In this document: positions 24,440-36,797 of the stretch, in pieces | How positions within the stretch are numbered: the first letter of the stretch is position 1 | Layout of the letters: the number at the start of each line of letters is the position of its first letter | Assembly: GCA_043228905.1 (NCBI GenBank) | Contig: JBHGNT010000014.1 | Location: 15,934,001 to 15,998,000, forward strand | DNA from: Azolla caroliniana | Taxonomy: Eukaryota; Plantae; Polypodiophyta | Reading direction: 5' to 3' | Length of the DNA stretch: 64,000 nucleotides | The notes under the pieces: generated by a model | The model's database searches: none | What the model was told of the DNA's origin: nothing | What the model saw: only the letters and a program-made list of their open reading frames with translations | Made by a program: the position numbers and the translations under genes

Positions 24440-26700
24440 TGCGGGGTGGGGTGGGGTGCCTAGAATGGCTCTGCCCCCCTCCCAAGGGGCTTCAACGTGA
24501 GAGAGAAGGAAGAGAAAGAAAACGAGATGACAAGAGAGAAAGATTGAGAGAGAACTATTCCTTATTCATTCATTCCCCATAAGGGGTTAAATAGTTACAA
24601 AAGGGTAGATACACAGGGGTGCAAGCCCCCTTGCCCATTCTCACTAATCACTCAATCACACCTCTTCGTATATGTCCCCATGCACACACTTGTGCATGTG
24701 TTCACATACGTATTGACTCACACTCACAATTACACTTGTGCACATCACATACACATACACATACACATCAACAACATTATAACATTCCACCCTCACTCAT
24801 CACACTTGACTCTCCGTACATCTTGTACGGTAACACTCAAAAAAGAATTGCAAAAGAGAAAAAACTAGAAAATCGAAAGAATCAGAGATGTATAATATAC
24901 ATTAGTCTTCTTCGTATACGTATTGACTCACACACATATAAAGAATCGAAGATGTGTTCACATACGTATTGACTCACACTCACTATTACACTTGTGCACA
25001 TTTACACATACACATACACATCAACAACATTATAACATTCCACCCACACTCATCACACTTGACTCTCCATACATCTCGTACGGTAACACTCGAAAAAGAA
25101 TTGAAAAAGAGAAAAAACTCGAAAATCGAAAGAATTGGATATGTATAATATACATTAGTCTTCTTCAAGAATGTGCAAGATGCTTGCCGACTGCTGCGAG
25201 TCATCTACTTTGGCAACTATTCCAGCTAGTTCGTGTGTCTTGCTCTTCGGTCCTTCGTTTCTTGGCTGACATTTCCTTAGACATGTTCTGCGGGGTTGGT
25301 TCGTTGAGTGCATCGTCCAGGGTGGTGTGTTGATTGATCGGGTCTCCTTGCTCCTGCTCCTTGCGTATCGGCTCCTCGTTTCTCAATGTTGCCACTTGCT
25401 CGGTCGAGCTTCCTCGTGGGGCTTCTTCTTCTCCTTTTGTTGGGGCATCGGTTACAATCTCAGCTTGGAGTCGCTCCCATTCGTAATGCTCTAAGTCGAG
25501 GGCGAGTTGCAGTTGCTTGTCCTCGAAGTCCTGGAGGAGTTTCTTGACTTCCTCGTTGTGTGTCTGGGCGAGGGAGGAGAATTCCTCGGTGAGGTCTTCT
25601 TAGAGCAGTTGGATGTTGTTCTTATCCATCTTGTAAAATCTTCAACCCTCCTTTTTGCGATTCTCGTGGTTTGTTCGGAATATTTGTAATTCGACCACTT
25701 ATCCCAACCATGTGTTCCATCTGTGCGATAGAGCTTCCTTGATCTACGAGTACAAATGTTGTCAATGCTTGGTTAGCAAAGCCTTAATCCGAGTTCTACA
25801 TATCTCACTTTGTGCTCAAAACTCCTGCATGTCCTTGGCCAAGTCAGCATGTTGGGCGTACATAGCTTCCATTTGAGTCCTCATTTCTTTAAGTCGGTCC
25901 TCATAGTGGTCATGTTCTTGTTCTAGTTGTCGCGCTAGTTGAAACTCAGCTGCCTTAATAGCGTTTCTAGAATAGGCGAGTTCGTGTTGATACGTCTCAA
26001 TTTCCTCGCTTTGCAGCCGATCATGAATTTGGAGGTCGAGCAACTATTGGTGGTGTCGGTTGAAATCGACCAACATCGAGTTGTGTTGGTGGTTCGTGGT
26101 GGGTGGGTGCTTAGATACAAAGAGGGAAGAGGTGAAGAGCTTAGGTAGAGAGTATGTGTTTTCTTCTTTGCATGAAATGACTCTAGGCCTTTGCAAAAAC
26201 GTTTTTTGTATCCCTTGTGATTTTCAAGGCGATGCGGTGTGCCCTAGATTTAGAATCCTTCTGGCCATGATGAGGGTTAATGTCATGCGTTGGGAACAAA
26301 CCTGTACTTGCTTTTCTTGAACTTGGTGCATGCGCATGCACTTTAAATACTGACTTGGTGGGCTTTTTTTTTTCATAATTAAACCTAATATATATGTTAG
26401 GGTAGGTTGGGTTGTTATTGTGATTGTGGTAAGGCGGAGTCGGTAGCCACTCTTTGACCTACCACCGACGATTCTTGTTTCCGTGTCTCATCGGAAAAGG
26501 GGTCCGACGGTGTGTCCACCATTGACCCATTTTGGCATGACGTCACCCACTAAAGTGTCGAGTTGGTATGTCTCGTTGAATTCATCAATGATCCAGAAGG
26601 GTCCGATCCAGCAGACCCGTAGATTATCCCTAGATTGGCCTTGGGCAAAGCATCCAACTAAAGATTTACAACAATTGTTTGGGTGATGCATGACAAAAGT
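24440..26700 (-). mobile_element. Second gypsy 3' fragment (integrase tail, coiled-coil extra ORF, duplicated 3' UTR, short LTR ~24440-24660)
   Basis: Minus ORF RVCWIGPFWIIDEFNETYQLDTLVGDVMPKWVNG is homologous to the integrase tail at 18860-18970; coiled-coil ORF pieces at 25200-26120; ~255-bp duplication at 24700-25165. Confidence 0.7.
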
Positions 26701-27056
26701 TTCCACCACTCTCAATATTGGGAGTCGGGGACATTATAGACATTCATGCATACTACATATCCCAATCATTTCTTAGTTTCTCATGTTGGCGTTGCACGTG
26801 GGGATGCAAGAATAAGCCATCCTCCTAGATCAATGGTGGGGTTGGGAATTTGGAGGCTTGATGCTCGTAGCCTTGTCACAAGCTTAGATGACATATTTAC
26901 ACTTTCTTATTATAAGGAAGTTGCATAAATTTTGGTCATCAATTTTAAATTTGGTATTCAATCTTCAAGTTCACACTAATGGTACAAGGTGTTAATTTGA
27001 AGGATGTAATCCCGTATAACTTATGTTTATTCTTTCCTAAAAGAGAAGAGTTGTTT

Positions 27057-27658
27057 TGTTGGGATTACGGTCCCTTCGGATGGGATGGTCGGATATCGGA
27101 GATGAATGCCGACAAGCCCGGTTTCGGTTTCGGAACCGGATGATGAAGACCCCGGCTTCGGAGCCGGATGACGAATGTACCCGGAGCGAGATCCGGATGC
27201 AGGGACATATCTGTGAATATGTTTGCCAAGGGCCCTTGAGGCTATAGTTGTAAATAGCCCCAAAGTCATATGTGTATAAATATGACTTAGGGCAAACAGT
27301 TTTGTTGTTGCTACTCATTTTTCTGTTTTTCCACTCAAGAGGAGTGAAGAGAGAGCAGCCGTGAGAGAGATAGAGCGTGAGAGAGGAGGAGGTCGACGCC
27401 TCTGTGTATTTCCGCCGCCTGTGGCGAGGACAACGAGCTCAAGGTCGTCGCCTTGCAGCTCGCCATTGTATATTTCTCTATGCATAGTTTTGGTTTGGAG
27501 TCTTGTACTCCCGTGGTTTTTCCCGTCTAGGGTTTTCCACGTTAATCCCTGTGTATTCGTGTTCTTTCTCTGTGGTTCCTATTTTCTGCTGCATTGATTC
27601 GTGCTTACTCGGTTGTGGCCGAGTGGTGAAGGTTAATCGGAGCGTCGATTTCTCTACA
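27057..27658 (+). repeat. 5' LTR (602 bp)
   Basis: TGTTGGGAT...CTCTACA; direct repeat of 31772-32373. Confidence 0.97.
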
Positions 27659-27661
27659 AAC

Positions 27662-27673
27662 TGGTATCAGAGC
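27662..27673 (+). promoter_or_regulatory. Primer-binding site (tRNA-iMet)
   Basis: TGGTATCAGAGC 3 nt after the LTR. Confidence 0.95.
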
Positions 27674-27687
27674 GACTGCTGCAGAAA

Positions 27688-30600
27688 ATGGAAGGCGGCG
27701 GCAGCGGGCAGCCGGGGATGATGGTGCTGAATGCGCAGAATTACGCCGACTGGAAGATCAAGATGGAGGATCTTCTGATTGTTCGGGACCTGTACGAACC
27801 GATCGACAGGTCGGAAATACCGAAGGGGGTACTTGAGTCGGAATGGAGGCTTCTGAACCGGAAAGTCGTAGCAACCATTCGGCAATACGTAGACGTGAGC
27901 GTTCTACAACATGTGGCGAACGACACCAACGCATATGAGATGTGGCGGAAGCTGTCGGGCCTCTACGAGAGGAAGAATGCGTTGAAGCGGACCTCCCTGA
28001 TGAGGAAGATAGTGAACCTCAAGTACCGGGACGGCGAGAGTATGGTGGAACACGTAAGCACGTTCATGGGATTCGTGAACCAGCTTGCGGCGATCAAGTT
28101 CCCGCTGGAGGATGCAATGCAAGCCATCATTCTGATGTGTACATTGCCGGAAAGCTGGGAGAACTTGGTGGTGACTCTCAGCACCTCCTGCACCGAAGAT
28201 AACTTGTCCCTACAAACGGTAAAGACAAGTATTTTGAACGAAGAAGCGCGTCGGAGAGATAAAGAACCGGCCTCCGATCCGAAGATGTTGTTTACCGAAT
28301 CGGATCGGGGAAGACAACGGAACCGGAGTCCGCAAAGACGGGAGAAGTCGGGGACCCGGTCGCAGTCAAGAGGAAGACCCACATGCTTCCACTGTGGGAA
28401 GCCGGGGCACTTCCGAAAGAATTGTCAGCATTACCGAAAAGACAACGGAGCCGACGACACCGATTCGAAGAAGTCTTCGGAACGGAACGGTGCTTACCGG
28501 GGAGCCACGGACCGGAATGGTTCGGATCGGCGAGGGCAGGACAGGAAAGGAACGACGGCACTCGCGGCAAGTGAGGAAGAAATCATGCTCATCACCGAAG
28601 AAGGTGAGCTAAACATTGCCGGCGATGAGACGACCTGGGTGGTCGATTCCGGAGCGTCGTTCCACCTGACCCCGAAAAGAAGATACTTCTCATCCTACAC
28701 AGCCGGTGAGCATGGCTGTGTTCGGATGGGAAATGAAGGTACGTGCCGGATCGCCGGCATAGGAGACGTGTGGTTGACAACCTCGACCGGATGTAAAATG
28801 CTGCTGAAGGATGTCCGACACGTTCCGGAGGTTCGATTGAACCTGATTTCGGCCGGGAGGCTAGACGATGAAGGCTACACAGGTAGCATCCGGAACGGCG
28901 TAATGAAGTTCAGCAAAGGGAGCCTGATAGTGGCTCGGGCCCGGAAGATCAACACACTGTACCTGATGAATGCCCGGTTATGTCCGGAAGAGCTGAATGT
29001 GGCAGTCGACACTGCCGGTGAGCTGTGGCACAAAAGACTGTGCCACATGAGTGAGAAGGGGATGAAGAGGCTTGCAGAAAACAACCTTATTCCAGTGAAG
29101 CATGTGCACCTGGAGAAGTGCACCGATTGCCTGGCCGGTAAACAGAACCGAACCTCCTTCCACTCAAGGCCACCGACGAGACGTAGCGCACCATTGGAGT
29201 TGGTGCACACCGATGTGTGTCAGGTAGAAACGAAGTCACATGGCGGAGCCCAGTACTTCGTAACATTCATAGATGATCATAGCCGAAGACTGTGGACGGC
29301 ACCGATGAAGACAAAGGACCAAGTGTTGTCCGTCTTCAAAGAACTCCACGCGAGAGTGGAAAGAGAATCCGGCAAGAAGCTGAAAGCGATACGAGCGGAT
29401 AACGGAGGGGAATACCGGGGACAGTTCCAGGAGTACTGTCGCTCGAAGGGAATCCGGCTCGAGTTTACTGTGCCGAAGACGCCGGAACTGAACGGGCTGG
29501 CCGAGAGGATGAATCGGACCATAATGGAGAGGGTCCGGAGTATGCTGGCGCATGCGGAATTACCCAAGGGGTTTTGGGCTGAGGCGATGTCGACGGCGAC
29601 ATACGTGATAAACAGATCACCCTCAGTACCTTTGGACGGAGACACGCCGCAGAGAGTGTGGACCGGTAGGGAAGTATCCTACCGGCATCTGAAGGTGTTC
29701 GGGTGTCTCGCATACGTGCATGTGGCAAAGGACCGGAGAGGAAAGCTAGATCCAAAGACCCGGCCATGCATATTCCTCGGTTACGGCGATGACGAGTTCG
29801 GCTACCGAGTATGGGACCCGGTCGACAAGAAGATATTCCGGAGTCGTGATATCATCTTCATGGAGAACAAGACACTCGCCGACTGGGAGTCGGAGAAGAA
29901 GATGAAGAGCTCCAAGTCGACCGGTGAGGATCAACTCTACGAGGAGCAGTCCCGACCGGCAAGGGACCGGTTAGCACTCGAGGATCCGGCCGAAGACGGT
30001 GAAGAAACAGAACCGGCCGAAGAAGATGAAAATGATACCGGAACCGGCCCCGATCCCGAAATAGATTCGGATGAAGAAGAATCGGAAGAACCGGTTACCG
30101 AAGCTCCGGAACGGAGATATCCTCTAAGAGAGAGAAGGGCCCCCCGGAGATTTCCGGAACCAGAGCACCTGTTGCTAACCGACGAGGGGGAGCCGGAGAG
30201 CTTTGAAGAAGCAAAGCATGACACCCAGAGCCGCAGGTGGTTGAGTGCCATGCAGGACGAGATGGATTCCCTGCATGAGAACCACACATATGAACTTGTG
30301 GAGTTGCCGAAAGGAAAGCGGGCACTTCGAAACAAGTGGGTGTTCAAGCTGAAACCGGGAGATGCCGGAAACCCCCCGAGATACAAAGCCAGGATCGTGG
30401 TGAAGGGGTTTCAGCAAAAGAAGGGCGTCGACTTCGACGAGATATTTACCCCGGTAGTGAAGATGACCTCCATCCGGACGGTGCTGAGCATAGCGGCAAG
30501 CATGGACCTCGAGGTAGAACAGATGGACGTGAAGACGGCATTCCTTTACGGTGACCTCGAAGAAGAAATCTACATGCAGCAACCGGAAGGATTCGAGAAG

Positions 30601-31761
30601 AAAGGGAAGGAGCACCTGGTATGCCGGTTGAAGAAGAGCCTTTACGGACTGAAGCAGGCTCCCCGGCAATGGTACCGGAAGTTCGACTCCTTCATGACCG
30701 ACGAAGGGTACCTCAAAACGCAGTTCGACCACTGCGTGTTTGTGAAGAAGTTCGAAGGAGGAGACTTTCTAGTACTCCTCCTGTACGTGGACGACATGTT
30801 GATCGTCGGACGAGACCAGGTCAAGATACGGATGCTGAAGAAGGCTCTCCACCGAACCTTCTCAATGAAGGACCAGGGTCCGGCGAGACAAATACTAGGG
30901 ATGCACATCATCCAGGACCGGAGCAAGAAGCAGTTGTGGCTGTCACAGGAAAAGTACGTGACAAAGGTGCTTAAACGGTTCAACATGTCGGAAGCAAGAC
31001 CGGTCGGATCGACCCTCCCGGCAAACTGCAAGCTGTCCAGCAAGCAAAGTCCCAAGACAAAGGCTGAGAAGGAGGACATGATGAAAGTGCCATATGCCTC
31101 TGCCGTCGGAAGCTTGATGTACGCAATGGTGTGTACCCGACCGGACATAGGATATGTAGTCGGAGTGGTGAGCCGGTACATGAGCAATCCCGGCAAAGAG
31201 CATTGGAACGCGGCCAAGTGGATACTCCGATACCTGAAGGGCACGGCAAACGTGTGCCTCCGATTCGGCTCCGGTAAGCCCGAACTCGACGGCTTTACCG
31301 ATTCGGATATGTCGGCTGATGCAGATACCAGCCGGTCCACATCAGGGTATGTGATGACGTATGCAGGGGGAGCTGTTTCATGGCAGTCGAGGCTGCAGAA
31401 GACGGTTGCGTTGTCAACCACGGAGGCGGAGTACATGGCAGCTGTTGAAGCCGGCAAGGAAATAATATGGATGAAGGACTTCATTAGAGAGCTCGGTATC
31501 CGGCAGGAGGAGTACCGACTCTACTACGACAGTCAGAGTGCAATCCACCTTGCAAAGAACGCGGCCTATCACTCCCGGACGAAGCACATCCAGCGAAGAT
31601 ATCACTGGATCCGGGAAAGGATAGAAGACAAGGAGTTCGTGCTGACGAAGGTCCACACGGACGAGAACGGATCGGATATGCTGACCAAGGTGCTCACGCC
31701 CGACAAGCTGGAAGCATGCCGGAAGAGGATCGGATTGGAGAGACATCCCATGCCGAAGTGA
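27688..31761 (+). CDS. Copia Gag-Pol polyprotein (1357 aa)
   Basis: Zinc knuckle CFHCGKPGHFRKNC, protease WVVDSGAS, HHCC/DDE integrase, RT YVDD, RNase H TTEAEY/SDMLTK. Confidence 0.97.
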   Translation: MEGGGSGQPGMMVLNAQNYADWKIKMEDLLIVRDLYEPIDRSEIPKGVLESEWRLLNRKVVATIRQYVDVSVLQHVANDTNAYEMWRKLSGLYERKNALKRTSLMRKIVNLKYRDGESMVEHVSTFMGFVNQLAAIKFPLEDAMQAIILMCTLPESWENLVVTLSTSCTEDNLSLQTVKTSILNEEARRRDKEPASDPKMLFTESDRGRQRNRSPQRREKSGTRSQSRGRPTCFHCGKPGHFRKNCQHYRKDNGADDTDSKKSSERNGAYRGATDRNGSDRRGQDRKGTTALAASEEEIMLITEEGELNIAGDETTWVVDSGASFHLTPKRRYFSSYTAGEHGCVRMGNEGTCRIAGIGDVWLTTSTGCKMLLKDVRHVPEVRLNLISAGRLDDEGYTGSIRNGVMKFSKGSLIVARARKINTLYLMNARLCPEELNVAVDTAGELWHKRLCHMSEKGMKRLAENNLIPVKHVHLEKCTDCLAGKQNRTSFHSRPPTRRSAPLELVHTDVCQVETKSHGGAQYFVTFIDDHSRRLWTAPMKTKDQVLSVFKELHARVERESGKKLKAIRADNGGEYRGQFQEYCRSKGIRLEFTVPKTPELNGLAERMNRTIMERVRSMLAHAELPKGFWAEAMSTATYVINRSPSVPLDGDTPQRVWTGREVSYRHLKVFGCLAYVHVAKDRRGKLDPKTRPCIFLGYGDDEFGYRVWDPVDKKIFRSRDIIFMENKTLADWESEKKMKSSKSTGEDQLYEEQSRPARDRLALEDPAEDGEETEPAEEDENDTGTGPDPEIDSDEEESEEPVTEAPERRYPLRERRAPRRFPEPEHLLLTDEGEPESFEEAKHDTQSRRWLSAMQDEMDSLHENHTYELVELPKGKRALRNKWVFKLKPGDAGNPPRYKARIVVKGFQQKKGVDFDEIFTPVVKMTSIRTVLSIAASMDLEVEQMDVKTAFLYGDLEEEIYMQQPEGFEKKGKEHLVCRLKKSLYGLKQAPRQWYRKFDSFMTDEGYLKTQFDHCVFVKKFEGGDFLVLLLYVDDMLIVGRDQVKIRMLKKALHRTFSMKDQGPARQILGMHIIQDRSKKQLWLSQEKYVTKVLKRFNMSEARPVGSTLPANCKLSSKQSPKTKAEKEDMMKVPYASAVGSLMYAMVCTRPDIGYVVGVVSRYMSNPGKEHWNAAKWILRYLKGTANVCLRFGSGKPELDGFTDSDMSADADTSRSTSGYVMTYAGGAVSWQSRLQKTVALSTTEAEYMAAVEAGKEIIWMKDFIRELGIRQEEYRLYYDSQSAIHLAKNAAYHSRTKHIQRRYHWIRERIEDKEFVLTKVHTDENGSDMLTKVLTPDKLEACRKRIGLERHPMPK

Positions 31762-31769
31762 AGGGGGAG
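31760..31769 (+). promoter_or_regulatory. Polypurine tract
   Basis: gaagggggag immediately before the 3' LTR. Confidence 0.9.
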
Positions 31770-31771
31770 TT

Positions 31772-32373
31772 TGTTGGGATTACGGTCCCTTCGGATGGGA
31801 TGGTTGGATATCGGAGATGAATGCCGACAAGCCCGGTTTCGGTTTCGGAACCGGATGATGAAGACCCCGGCTTCGGAGCCGGATGATGAATGTACCCGGA
31901 GCGAGATCCGGATGCAGGGACATATCTGTGAATATGTTTGCCAAGGGCCCTTGAGGCTATAGTTGTAAATAGCCCCAAAGTCATATGTGTATAAATATGA
32001 CTTAGGGCAAACAGTTTTGTTGTTGCTACTCATTTTTCTGTTTTTCCACTCAAGAGGAGTGAAGAGAGAGCAGCCGTGAGAGAGATAGAGCGTGAGAGAG
32101 GAGGAGGTCGACGCCTCTGTGTATTTCCGCCGCCTGTGGCGAGGACAACGAGCTCAAGGTCGTCGCCTTGCAGCTCGCCATTGTATATTTCTCTATGCAT
32201 AGTTTTGGTTTGGAGTCTTGTACTCCCGTGGTTTTTCCCGTCTAGGGTTTTCCACGTTAATCCCTGTGTATTCGTGTTCTTTCTCTGTGGTTCCTATTTT
32301 CTGCTGCATTGATTCGTGCTTACTCGGTTGTGGCCGAGTGGTGAAGGTTAATCGGAGCGTCGATTTCTCTACA
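31772..32373 (+). repeat. 3' LTR (602 bp)
   Basis: Identical to the 5' LTR except C>T at 31805 and 31887 (comparison by eye). Confidence 0.97.
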
Positions 32374-33124
32374 GTTCCATAGGGTTGCACTTGGCCCTTT
32401 GTCAAGCTATTTGTTTTAGGAAATCCTCCTTTATTTCTCTAAAGCTCATTGGTACCTCCTTGGGAAGTGTGAAACCATTTATTGGCTTGGTCATCAATGG
32501 TCAACCTAAAAGTTGCCTCTCTTGTGACATTATAATTTTTTTCATAAGCATTTAGGACTTGTTTGAGCCATTTGATATTGTTTGTTGCATTGCCTTGCCC
32601 AATATATGTCGACACCATCTTGGTAATAAGGGCAACGTTATGTGGTTGCCAATGAGCTATTGTGGTTGTGGTATAGTTTGTTGTTGGCCTTCGATCATCA
32701 GTGTTGCGAACGAATGCATAACAAAGCAAAATGTTGACATCATGTCCAGCTTGGCACTTCGTGGGTATTGGAGTGTTATCTCTAATGGATGGTGGGTTTC
32801 GATAGAACCTTGTGGTTTGATCCATTTAGCAATTGGGGAATCTCCTTTTGGAATGGTCGAAATGCTTTGTTATCCTTATCATATGCTTACTTTAGAGCAT
32901 ACCTCTAACAATTGATATCCGAGCCATGTTTCTAATGTTTCATTTGTTGATTGTTTTCTTTTGATGGATGACGATCAATCGGTGTGCGGTTGACCGTGAT
33001 TCAGAAAGGCATTAACAAGCAAACTTCGGTAACTCTTCTCCCAATCTAATCATGTGTAGTCAATATGTTTTTTGTTTATTGATTCAATGATGTTGTAGTG
33101 GTAATGGATTGGTTGTATAAAACA

Positions 33125-33385
33125 TATACGTATGTGTATGAGATCAATACCTCATTTGGCATATATTTGATATGTGATTTGTGTCATATGCACATGAGGC
33201 TAATACCTCAATTGCGTGTGACGTTCACATACATATGTTACGTATGCGTATGAGGTCAATACCTCAATTTGTATATAAATGATATGTGATTGGTGTCGTA
33301 TGTGTAAGAGGTCAATACCTCAATTTGTATATAAATGATATGTGATTGGTGTCATAGTGTAAGAGGTCAATACCTCAATTGCATA
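33125..33385. repeat. Degenerate ~56-bp tandem repeat (gaggtcaatacctcaatt core, ~5 copies)
   Basis: The core recurs near 33140, 33196, 33252, 33308 and 33363. Confidence 0.75.
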
Positions 33386-34534
33386 TTATGTTCACCCTTA
33401 TTTTAGGATGTTTTGGGTGCGTAGAGGCGAGACTATATGCCTCGATTACGTGTCTCGATTTCATCATTTTTTGGCTATTTTATGTTACGTTTTTTTTTTA
33501 CTATACGCATGTGTGGTCACATGTATACGTATATTAGTTATTACATGATCTATATATCAAACATTGTCCTTTTCGAGGAAAGGATCTTGGTGGCCGTCAT
33601 CACCATCCTTTTTTCAACAATTTTTTGTTGTCATCCCCGTTGGTCACTTTGATTTCGCTATGCGTTATAACAAAACGATCATAGCCACAATGATGTTGAG
33701 AGTGTAGGTCTTGACCCACTTCATGTGAGGTCGCTCCTATGACACACGTATCCAACATCCCTCCCTAGTTACATGGATACGATGCCACCATGAGATCATC
33801 ATTACGGAAGGCATTCGTAATGACGTACAACCATGTGATGGGCCATGTGGGCCTACTACGAAAAGAGGGCTATTTGGCTTGACCATTAGGTTGCACTTTG
33901 GTTTATGGCATCGTAATTATGAGGCTTGAGGTTAGGTAACATACCAACATAGTTTTGTCGTAAACGAGGGGGAAATAAGAACTCTCAACATATATGTTTT
34001 CTTTTAAAAAAACCTATATGGGCAAATTCCTTTGCATATCTCTTATCACATAAAATACTAAACCTTCACTACGAGGAACCTATTTGGTTAGCTTAAGTGT
34101 TTAATGCATTTGTTCGCGAGGTCTTGAGTTCAAATATGACCAAGACCATACAACATTGTTGATGCATATGACTATAAAACATGGGTGGGCATAGAGACAT
34201 AGTTGACAGTTAACATTTTTCGTGTTTAAACTATTCATGACCGAAACATACATGGTTGAGCCTTGGGGAGCCACCATGAAAAAATCAATATAGAGATCAG
34301 GTAAGGACATTCATTTGTCACTCCCATGGTTTTTAAAACACATTTGTGTTACCATAGTAACATGATCTTGAACCTCATCTCATACATCTAGAGGGTATTG
34401 ACGTGAGATCATGATATTGATTAATGTTTTCCCCGGATATGTTTACATCACGACATAATGTTATGACTATTTTTCTAACCTTATCCTATTTCTTTGCCAG
34501 AAATTATCATTCAAAGGCTCATAATAACGACCCG

Positions 34535-36765
34535 ATGGCATCTGCACAAGCGAAAGGAAATCAAGGAAATCCTCTTGGGCCAATCCAATCCCCATTGAGT
34601 CATATTTTTTACAAATACAAAATTTCCTTAATTCAACCTTGCATCAGATGACCGAACATCGGGAATCTCATAGTGCTCTCGAGGCACGTGTCATTAGTTT
34701 ACAACGTGATACTAATAGACCCGATGAGCGTCAAGGTGAACCATCATTTGTCATAGAGCCATTTACATACTAATAGACCCGATGAGCGTTAGTACGAATA
34801 TTGCATATGTTGGCCAAGAACTTGGGGGTAAGGCCGCCGCCTGGTGGCATGGGCTCCGAACTTTGGGGAAATTGCTTGATACCTGGACACATTTTGTCAC
34901 AGTTTTCAAGGGCCAATTTCTGCAACCTCCATCTTGAACCGAGGCAACACAAGCTTTAATGAACCTCTCTAGCATGAAGTTTTCCTCTCTAGAAGACTAT
35001 GTTCACCATGCTAGCTTGTTTTGTCAATGGAATCCCCAATTCGGACTATCATTGGATAATGCACGATAAGGATCTCAAATCCTTCGAAGAGGCCGTTGAA
35101 AAAGTTCTTCGCTATCAATGCACTTCGAAGAAGGACCATAACAAACCCAACAAAGCGCTAGGGACTAAGGAGTCGCAATTCGCTGGGAAACCCAAGACAC
35201 CCAACAAATTCATGGATCACAATTGTAAGTGACAACATCCTTTTTGCGTATTCTGCAAAAACAAGGGTCATACAAAAGAGCAATGTCGAAACCTCCAACG
35301 GAAAGAGCACGATAGCAAAACAAAAGTTGCAGACCATAAATGTTAGATTCCTAATGTCCTTCAGGTCTATACACATCATTTAAGTAATTGTAAATGTTCT
35401 TTCCCTCACTATGTATTGGGATCCAATGCTTTACTACGTGCAAACGAGTATATCAATGGATCTCCCGTACAATTTGTATTTGATTCAGGAAGCTCACACA
35501 ACTTTGTGAATGATTGTTTGGTTCAGATATGAGGAATCCAACCCACCATAAGTGATCACACCTATAAGGTGCACTTGGCTGATGGAAGAGTACAATACAT
35601 CAACGGGACGATTCATTCATTAGGAATTTCTATTGATACTTATATAGAGGAAGTAGACTTCCATGAATCTTTGTACCACTGAGGTAATACTGGGTTATCC
35701 TTGGTTTTATAATAAACACTCTTCTTTGTCTATTGATTGGGTTCGCCATTCCATTTCCTTTGTACTGAATGATTGTACTCATTTTATTCAATGTGTAAAT
35801 AAATAATCTCTTTTGATTGTTTCCTCTCCATCATTATCCGAGTTGTCTTGTTCTTCTTTATTTTTTTGTGTACTTGATCCGAACATTCACGTTTATAATA
35901 TCGATAATGTCTCAGGTCAATTATCATAGTTTGAACAACAACAACTTGATGAAATCTTTAATGATCTTCGTGATGTTTTTCCAAGTGAACTACCACATGG
36001 GTTACTTCCTAAACATAATATAGACCATCGTATAGATATTGTACCTAGTGTTGCACCAATAAGTATACCTCCTTATCGCTTAAGTCAATCCGAAGAGGAT
36101 GAGGTATCTCAGCAACTCAAGGACTATTTACGAATGGGTTATATAAGTTATAGTAAATCTCCATGGGGTGCACCTATTCTCTTGGTAAAAAAGAAAGAGA
36201 GCACATGGCGTATGTGTATTAATTACCGACGCTTGAATAAAGTGACGATCAAGAATTCATAGCCATTGCCCTGGGCTGACGATCTGATTTACTATCTCCA
36301 GGGAGCTCGATATTTTACGAAACTTGATCCTATACGGGCTAACATCAAATTCGTATAAGTGCGGAAGATGTTCCTAAAATGACATTTCGTACGCGCTATG
36401 GCCATTATGAGTTTTTGGTTATGCCTTTCGGTTTGACCAATGCTCTGGCCACATTTCAACAAGAAATGAATGACATTTTCCGAGAACAACTTGGAAAATT
36501 TGTCGTTATTTTCTTGGATGATATTCTAGTTTATAGTTGTACATTAGAAAAACATGCTAAACATGTCTACTTTGTTTTACAAACATTACGTGACAAACAA
36601 TTTTACGTGATGTTGTGAAGATTTTCGGCAACGGTGTGAAAATCACGTGGAAAGGAGACACCCGAGAAGGGTTCACTTTCGCACTTCTCTTACTGTTTTT
36701 TCTCAGTGAGTTATCCCACATATATATGAAGCTAATACAACTCTCTCAATATATATACTAACTTA

Positions 36766-36797
<32 letters not shown>

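Larger units (their letters stand above)
27057..32373 (+). mobile_element. Full-length young Ty1/copia LTR retrotransposon (5317 bp)
   Basis: Two 602-bp LTRs (TG...CA), tRNA-iMet PBS, single uninterrupted polyprotein ORF, PPT. Confidence 0.98.

Noticed and set aside
30642-31484. Long antisense ORF within the intact copia
   Set aside because: Expected shadow frame of a GC-rich pol ORF; no independent evidence.
32374-32926. Possible LTR end with degenerate PBS (taaca at tgatatccgagcc) and a minus-strand gag-like ORF
   Set aside because: Signals conflict in orientation and are too degenerate; no partner LTR found.
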